Assembly: GCF_024521635.1 (NCBI RefSeq)
Contig: NW_026250405.1
Span: 620,001-684,000 of the forward strand
DNA: 64,000 nt
From: Tricharina praecox
Lineage: Eukaryota
Reading direction: 5' to 3'
Positions 56,086 through 64,000 of this stretch are shown here, piece after piece; position 1 is the stretch's first letter, and each line of letters opens with the position of its first letter. A program made the position numbers and the translations under genes. The notes under the pieces are model-generated. The model was given only the letters and a program-made list of their open reading frames with translations, did no database searches and was not told the DNA's origin.

Positions 56086-59000
56086 ATGCCGAAACGCACT
56101 CTCAAGAGAGACGTGACGACCGAGGACCTTTTAAAGTCCGATTCCGATGATGAAAATTACGACGATCACGCGGTGACCGAGCGTAGTCCGCGAAAGTCGC
56201 GCAAGACGCCGGGGAAGAAGCCGTCAGGCAAAAAGAAGGGCGCAGCTGGCGGTGCGGGGCGAGGTCGCGGAAAGCCCAAGAAGACCAATCGTTACGATTC
56301 AGAGGATGAGGACGATATCGAGGACACGGATCTGTCGGAGATACTCACCGAGGAAGACGCCGAGGAGGAGGAGGAGCCCACACAGCCTGTGGCGATCGGT
56401 CGGAATGGTAGACCGAGACGTGGTGCCGCCCTCAAGGCTCAGAAAAACGCTACGGTCATGGCGCAATCCAGCGATTCCGAGTCCATCGAGTCTAATAGTC
56501 ATGACGGGGAATCCGATAGTGATAAAGAGTTGAATCCCAGGAGGTCAGCAGCAGCCAAAGCACCCGGTACTGGTCCTACGACGATCATTGTACTGAAATA
56601 CAAGTCTAGACTCGTTGCCCAGACGCAGGATCCGCCAGACCCTGAGGGGCCGCAGCCCACACGACGGGTAACGAGGGCTACTTCTGCGACTCCTGCGGCT
56701 GCGGCTGCGGCGACTCCGTCTCAGACTCAGTCCCAGCGGCCGGCCGTGGGAGGCAAAGGTCCTATGGGAGGGTACAAGGCGACCCGGGGTCGTGGGGCTA
56801 GCGCTGAGCCTTCGAGGAGGTCGGGCAGATTGGCACACACAGACGTACCGTTGGCCGCTTTCAGCAACTCCGGCAAGCACGTCGTGTTGAGCAACCTGCA
56901 ACCCACTGCTCCCTCGGATATCCCTGAAGAGAGCTCCGTTGAAGAATCTAGGGAGCACGAACAGGATGAGGAAGTGCCTGAAAAAGTTGAGAACGCGGAC
57001 GAAGAATCAGGTGATGACGACACGGGTGCTAGCAACAAACAGCAAGGTGATGTTGAAGCACAAGAAAGCCAAACCGACCAAACAAAGGAAGACGATGTAC
57101 CCGAGACGACTACCGCCGCTGCTGAGGTCGGGGAATCGATATCTCGAGATGATACGGGTCACGAGGCCGACGAAGATGAAGATGACGGACCTACAAAACG
57201 AATTCGAACTAGAGCGGCCACCTCTCGCCCAGTTTCGACTCCTTCTCCTAGAACATTGCGCTCGGCTGGTGATCCTACGAGCAGTGTCGAGAAGTCCAAA
57301 AAGCCGGACTCTCAACCTACTCGTCGCTTGAAAAGGGGTGCCAAGAGAGCTGGTCGCGCAACGAGTCGAAAGGCCGGAAGCGAGGACGAGGATTACCATG
57401 AGGAAGGCGAGGAGGCCGAGCAGTCGGACGACAGCATGTCATCGCGGACTCGCGCTGCCGCCAAACCCCAGGAAAAAGCAAACAGTTCGGGCGAGGATGG
57501 AGAATACTCGGACGCTAGGAGTTCCAGGAAACGGGCTAGAGGCCCGGGATCTGAAGAACCTGAATCCCAGGCGGAGCTTCAGCAAGAGCTTGAAGATCTC
57601 CAACCATCTCCCAAGCGACCGAGGCGAACCCAACGCAGACAGTTCTCTGGGAACGAGAGTGCGACTGCTACCGAACCGCGTCTCAGACGTCGTGTCGGAC
57701 AGGTGGATTACCGGATTCTCCGACCCGAGATGGCGGCTGTTTTGGACGATAATGATGCTGGGACATCTACTCCGTCGAAGCGCAGGGCTGGCAATGCTCT
57801 CTCACACTCCAAGAGTCTGTTCGATACCAACGGCCCTTTCGGAGGCGACGTTGTGCCGTTCTTTGGACGCCATACAGCGCCTGTAGACATTGACTCTGAC
57901 AGCAGTGACGAAGAAGCCATTCGCCGACGCGGTCGAGGTACTGGGCTTGGTGGCATGTCGGGAATGACTCCAACCGGAGCGCATGCGCCTGGATTACTGC
58001 CTGCCGTCGCTCAGACTCACAATGCCGATGCTTTGCAAGCTGGTGCCCCCGCCAACCTCGGAAAGGTCACTAAATCGGCAAAGAATGCCTTGGCCGATGC
58101 GGATCCTCTCGGTATTTCTCCGGACGTTACGTTCGACAGCATTGGTGGACTCGACGATCGTATCCAGCAGTTGAAGGAGATGGTCATGCTGCCTTTGATG
58201 TACCCCGAAATCTTCAAGGCCAAGAAAGTCACACCTCCGCGCGGTGTTTTGTTCCACGGTCCCCCGGGAACTGGTAAAACTCTGTTGGCGAGAGCCGTTG
58301 CGTCCAGTTTTACTGGAGCAGATGGCAAGAAGGTCACGTTTTACATGCGCAAAGGTGCCGATTGCCTGAGTAAGTGGGTTGGAGAGGCAGAGAGACAGCT
58401 ACGATTGCTATTCGACGAAGCACGGGCCAACCAGCCAAGTATCATCTTCTTCGATGAAATCGATGGATTGGCGCCGGTACGATCCAGTAAACAGGAACAG
58501 ATTCATGCCTCCATTGTGTCGACCTTGCTGGCGCTCATGGATGGTATGGACGGGAGAGGTCAGGTTGTTGTCATCGGCGCAACGAACAGGCCCGACTCCG
58601 TGGATCCTGCCCTTCGTCGTCCCGGGCGTTTTGATCGAGAGTTTTACTTCCCGTTGCCGACTACTGAGGCGAGGCGAGCCATCCTTGATATCCATTCGAA
58701 AGGATGGGAACCGCCACTAGCCGATGAGTTCAAGGACCAATTGGCAAAGCTCACCAAAGGATACGGAGGTGCCGACTTGAGAGCACTGTGTACCGAGGCT
58801 GCGTTGAATGCTATGCAGCGCACGTACCCGCAGATCTACAAGTCACTGGATAAACTTAAGGTCGATCCGCACAGTGTTATCGTGACGGCACGAGATTTCA
58901 TGATGTCGCTAAGGAAGATTACTCCTTCGTCGGAACGGTCGACCGCTTCCGGTGCGTCGCCGTTGCCGGAACACGTCGTGCCACTACTTTCCAAACAGTT

Positions 59001-61322
59001 GGAACGTGTTAAGGAGTGTCTGAAGGGTATCTTCCCGGAATTCAAGCGTCTGACTCCTTTGGAGGAAGCGGAATACGAGGACGATGTTCTGGATGCGGAG
59101 GAGGGATTCGCACGGGAGATGATGATGGAGAGTAAGTAGCAGTTCACCGCCTCACCGTTGTGGATTGCGATGCTAATGATTCTTCAGACTTCGAGAGTGC
59201 CCGCATCTATCGTCCCAGACTGCTGATTCATGGTACCTCTGGCCTGGGACAGCAATACCTCGCTGCGGCGGTATTGCATTTCATGGAGAAGGTCCACGTT
59301 CAGTCATTTGACCTCGCCACGTTGCTGAGCGATGCCACTCGGACCCCGGAGACAGCTCTTGTGCAATTCTTTACGGAGATCAAGAGACACAAGCCGAGTG
59401 TGATCTTCATTCCGAATGTGGACGTGTGGTACCGCACCCTGCCGGCGGCCGCGATCGCAGCATTCAAGGGGCTTCTGCAGTCCATTGCTCCCAACGACAG
59501 GGTTCTATTGTTCGGTATCTCTGAGGTGCCGGTGGACAAACTTGATCCAGACCTCACTAGGGATTTGTTTGGCTACTCTAAGCGTGACAGGTTTGAGCTT
59601 GAGCGGCCAGACGAGGGCGCTAGGTTTTTGTACTTCGACAAGGTCATGTCTCACATCCGAAAGTCGCCTCGTGATTTCCCGCAAGATCCAACGAACCGGA
59701 AGAAGAGAAAGCTTCCTGAATTGGAGCGTGCCTCGCCTCCCCCGAAGCGTGAGCAAACCGACGACGAGAAGCGAGCCATTGCTCTCCGGGACCGCCAGTT
59801 GAAGAACCATCTCAAGCTCCGATTGAACAATCTGATGGAGAACTTGAAGCAGAAGTATAGGCGATTCAAGAAGCCGGTTATCGAGCACGAAGTCATAATA
59901 CGTATTCTGGACCCGCCGGCTGGCAATTCGTCGCTTGTCGAATCCGATATTCCTGCGCAGCCAGAGCGCTTCCGGCCCTACCAGGATGCCGATAATGTGC
60001 TAAGAGTCGAAGACACCCTCACGGGAAAGGTCTATTACAACATGGACCTAGACATCATCGAGGACAGGTTTTCGAATGGATTTTACTCTACCCCGAGACA
60101 GTTCTTGATGGATGTTGAACGCATCCGACACGACGCAAAGCTCGTTGGGGACAAGGAAAACCAGCGCAAGGCTAACGAGATGCTTACCAATGCTGAGGTT
60201 TACATTGCGGACATTGAGATGGATACCGCTTTTGTTGGCCAGTGCGAGGATATGTACCAGAGGGAGAAGCAGAGAGCCTCTGAGAAGAAGAGGCGAGCGG
60301 AGCAAAAGAAGACTGCACTCGGCGAACAGCAGAAGTTGCTTGAGGCTGGTAGCAGAAATGGTAGTCGTCCGGGATCCAAGAGCAACTCCGAAAGCACCGC
60401 AATCGCTGGAATGCCTCACGAGACCCCGATCGTGATTCCCAAGACGCCTGCTCCGAAGCAGCCCGTCGGCGGGCTCTTCGGTGAGCAGAGTGGTTTCGAC
60501 GACTCAGCAATGTTTAATGTTGCGTCTTCCGCTGCTGCGACTGGCGGTACCACTCACCCTCCGGAATCGAACCGAGATTCGAATTTCTCCCTGTATCATA
60601 CGCCGCCTCTCCATCGTCCGATGATGGCACCCAGTCAGCCTACTCAACTCACGCAGATGGGATCTGGCCCTGGTGGCATCGTTGGTGTGGCGCTTGTGGC
60701 TACGACGGACTTGTCGGTGATCGTTAATGACGCTTCGACTACTACCTCTGGAGGCAAACGCACATCCGATGGAACTGCAGGGACTGGCTCGCAGCCGCAC
60801 TCGAACCCGCAGAGTAACAGCAATGGCTACGGTGGAGACTCGCATGATCAACTGCAGCAATGGGGCGATTTCGGCATTCCTGGAAAAGGCGACTCGCAGT
60901 TGCCTGCTACCCAGGTCCTCCAGTCGTCGCAGGGTCAGCACAGTTCTCAGGGCTACGCACATTCGACACCTGCTTCTCAAGCTACAGGACCCATCTTCCC
61001 CTACTCGCAGACGGACTCCTCGCCCGCCTCGGTTCCCCATCCGTCGCAGGTCTGGCCGATCCCTCCGCCCCCGGTTCCGATGTTGAAATGCTCGGCTGCT
61101 ATCATGGAGGGTGTGCAGAAGAAACTCACGCAAGGCACCTCCGGTTACAACGTTGAGCAGCTCGAGCAGGTCAACGCGGCGATCATGGACTATGTCTGGA
61201 AATCCCGCACCAACTACAACCGCGAGGAGGTGGCCAGACAGGCCCTCGAAGTGTTTAACGAGGTCAATGGCGACATCCAGTCTCTGCAGAGGACGCTTGC
61301 TGTTAGTGGCAGCTTCGAATAG
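56086..61322 (+). CDS. YTA7: Yta7/Abo1/ATAD2 AAA+ ATPase histone chaperone with bromodomain
   Basis: Acidic N-terminus; GVLFHGPPGTGKT, FYMRKGADCLSKWVGEAERQLR, FFDEIDG, DPALRRPGRFDRE; second AAA domain YRPRLLI; bromodomain YYNMDLDIIEDR. Intron 59132-59187; possible 5'UTR intron 55900-56023. Confidence 0.96.
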
Positions 61323-62068
61323 TCCGGCTCATGAGTTGGGAGTCCCATTGTAAAAAATTCTGGGCCTTGAGCGAGTGCGTATTCTGTGTACTTTTCCTTT
61401 CATTTGTCTACTTGTCCGTTGGGTTGGGAAACTTATTTGCGATTCCACTTGCGTTGTATTCTTTTTTTTTTCTTCATCTTTCCATCTTTTCGGGGGGTCT
61501 GAATTTTCGTACTGGGGAAACTGGAGGGACCTTGTATCGTTAATCTGGCCGTTGATTTTTTGTCCGTATATTTCACATCTTTCCCGGAGTTTTTTTCATG
61601 CGTTTTTGACTAATGGGTACAGACTTTTTTTCCCCCCAGATATTGACTTTCTGCGATTGGGTTTTGCGAGCCATGGTATTTCGATAGCTAGAGCTTCAAG
61701 TTGCTTCCCTGAGGGGGGCGTGTGTGTGACAGTATGATTATTCTACTTCTCGGTCATTGTATTTTGTTCAATTAACTGGTGCGAACATGTGATTGTGGTG
61801 AACTCTAACGTTGCATGATCGGTAATCTGGATTTGGTGATGTTTGCGATGTGGGTTGGTGATGGCTAATCACACGAACGCCGGGTAAGTTTCGTTCCTAG
61901 CGATGGCACCCCCACTAGAGCTCCAACTAGAGGCCCAGTAGTTCCGTTCCAGAGCATCCCATCGACATACCAGGTACCTACCCGGTAGGGCCGATAGCTA
62001 TCAGCTTTCACAGCTATCCAGGGCTAAGACAGCTTCATGCTTCAAAACTAGCGAGGGAACTGGATTCA

Positions 62069-63371
62069 ATGATGACCCTTCCCTTGGTCTCCACTACCGT
62101 TAGTGCTACCACCACTACTACTGATCCCACCACCCCCGCCGTCGCTAGAAGCTTCCCTATGGTCTCCACAACCTTCATCCCCAGTGGCTCTGACTCCGGA
62201 ACTCCCGCCCCCACTACCACCATCCATAACACACCACCAATGCTGCTTCAAATCCCCAACGAAATCGTCATCCTTGTCGCCAACGAGCTGTCGCTGAGCG
62301 ACCGGGCAGCGTTCCTGCGCACAAACAAACACCTCAACTCGCTATGCACCGCCGACTTCTACCGGCAAGCGCTCCGCGAAAACGGTGGCACCCGTGGGCT
62401 GCGTTACGCCGCAATCAACGGCAATCCCGACGTTGCCTCCGTCTTCATCCACCGCTACAATGTCTCACCCAATCTGTGTTTCCGCGACGGCCCGATGGCC
62501 GACCAAACCTGCCTGCACGGTGCGGCGTCCCGCGGTCACATCAAGCTCATTAAGGTGCTGCTCGAGGCAGGCGCCGACGTCCAGGTCCGGAACGACGCGG
62601 GGCGAACTCCGCTGCACTATGCCGCCCGTGGTGGGTTCCTGGAGGTGGTGAAGCTGCTGGTCGAGCACAATGCGAATATCATGGCACGCGGTGAGACGGA
62701 GGTTACGCCACTGCATTCCGCCGCGAAGAAGGGACATCACCTCGTGTGCAAGTTTCTGCTCGAGCACGGCGCCGAGGTCGATGCGATGTGCAAGGACCCG
62801 CAGAACGAGGTCGATGATGGCTACACGGCGCTCCATGGCGCGGCGGATTTCGGACATGCCGAGGTCGCTAAGTTGTTGCTGGAGAATGGAGCGTCGGTTG
62901 ATGCCAAGATTGATCAGAGTGAATGGACTCCGCTCGGCTGTAGTTCGGCTGAGGGTCATGTCGAGGTCGTCAAGCATCTGCTGAAGTGGGGAGCTGAAGT
63001 CAATGTTGGGCCGGAGGTGCCGCTGAGGTTGGCCGTGGATGGCAAGTGGCATGAGGGTGTGCTGAGGCTGCTGTTAGAGGCTGGGGCAAATGTGGAGAGG
63101 GCTCTGGAAGGGTGAGGTGCTTCTGCTATAGATATTATGAGTACAGGCTGACCTTTGTAGATTGTTTCATACCGACACGGCCACTCGATTGACCGAATTC
63201 GCCGAGAAGTGGAAGACCGGTTCCCTGCCGAGGAGGGATGGAGCGACCGAAGATGAAGATTCAGTGATGACGGATGCGGCAGACAAACAGCCCTCGATGT
63301 TACCAGACGTCACTCTGACCCTGCATACGACAGCGGCCGATCCCATAGTTCCAGCGGTTCCTTCTTCTTGA
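62069..63371 (+). CDS. F-box-like plus ankyrin repeat protein
   Basis: MLLQIPNEIVILVANELSLSDRAAFLRTNKHL (F-box-like; alternative start 62240); about 7 ankyrin repeats (TPLHYAARGG, TPLHSAAKKGH, TALHGAADFGH). Intron 63112-63160 joins the 63162-63371 ORF in frame. Confidence 0.85.
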
Positions 63372-63714
63372 AATCATTCACCCGCCTACATCTACATTGA
63401 CTTTTGTACAACTATCGCATTACGCGGAGAGACAGAGCACATTATTATTCTTTTCGGTTGGCTGGCGAGTTTCTTCCTTTCCTATGTTCTATTTTCCATG
63501 TAAACCTTACCTTGGCCTATCTGATATTTTGAGTGCGCGGCGTACTGGCGAATCACGGAATGCATGCTTGTTTGCTTATTTGCTTGTCTTTTCGTATTGC
63601 TTTGAGTGTGTTGAAGCGGAGAGGCGTAGATATATGGGTACTTAGCTTTTTTCCGCCGGGTTGCGTAGGATGCTTGGTACGATTTGTGTAGCAGGGTCAC
63701 CATGGTATATCCCA

Positions 63715-63800
63715 GGCCGCGTGGCCCAATGGCAAGGCGCTTGACTACGAGTAACAACTCCGATATCAAGAGATTGCAGGTTCGAGCCCTGCCGTGGTCA
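63715..63800 (+). tRNA. tRNA-Arg(ACG) with a 14-nt intron
   Basis: Acceptor stem GGCCGCG/CGTGGTC; A-box TGGCCCAATGG; anticodon arm CTTGA-CT ACG A; intron 63751-63764; B-box GGTTCGAGCCC; T-rich tract downstream. Confidence 0.95.
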
Positions 63801-64000
63801 TATGATCTTAACACTTCCTGCGGATTTCTTTTTCGGTGTTTCCCCTTCCGTATTGGTGCTCGAAACGAATTTTGCGGGATATCCTTCACGGACGCTAGTG
63901 GAGGCCGATAGGTTGAATCCCGAAACCCAGGTTTTGTCTCCGCCGTGAAATCGCCGTGCACCGCTCGAGTGTCGGTCAAACGTCCGACGCTGCGTCTTGC

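Noticed and set aside
34639..61322. NTO1, the ASPM-like gene and YTA7 as a chromatin/mitosis gene cluster
   Set aside because: They are interspersed with unrelated genes; an ordinary housekeeping neighbourhood explains it.

Overview
Gene-dense, intron-containing DNA from a filamentous ascomycete (short GT-AG introns with CTRAY branch points; probably a Pezizomycete, an unverified impression). It holds about 15 complete protein-coding genes: cellobiose dehydrogenase with C-terminal CBM1, PP1 catalytic subunit, GABA transaminase, CASP/Coy1, a Vps3/TGFBRAP1-like protein with an apparent 1-nt frameshift, Rpl29, ValRS, a GPI-anchored cupredoxin, a Tra2/SR-like RRM protein, an Nto1/BRPF-like PHD protein, cystinosin/Ers1, a C2H2 transcription factor, an ASPM-like CH+IQ protein, Yta7/ATAD2 and an F-box-ankyrin protein. 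There is also an intron-containing tRNA-Arg(ACG) and possibly the 5' end of a gene running off the left edge. No transposon, rRNA or CRISPR is supported, and no clear new multi-gene system. The best leads are post-transcriptional: a roughly 2-kb AUG-free leader upstream of PP1 with a divergent multi-intron micro-ORF transcript; a C2H2 gene whose family-like N-terminal coding sequence lies upstream of the first in-frame AUG behind an AUG-free spliced leader; an intron whose retention would remove the CBM1 from CDH; and a candidate poison 3' splice site in the SR gene. All splice models were read by eye and need RNA-seq confirmation.
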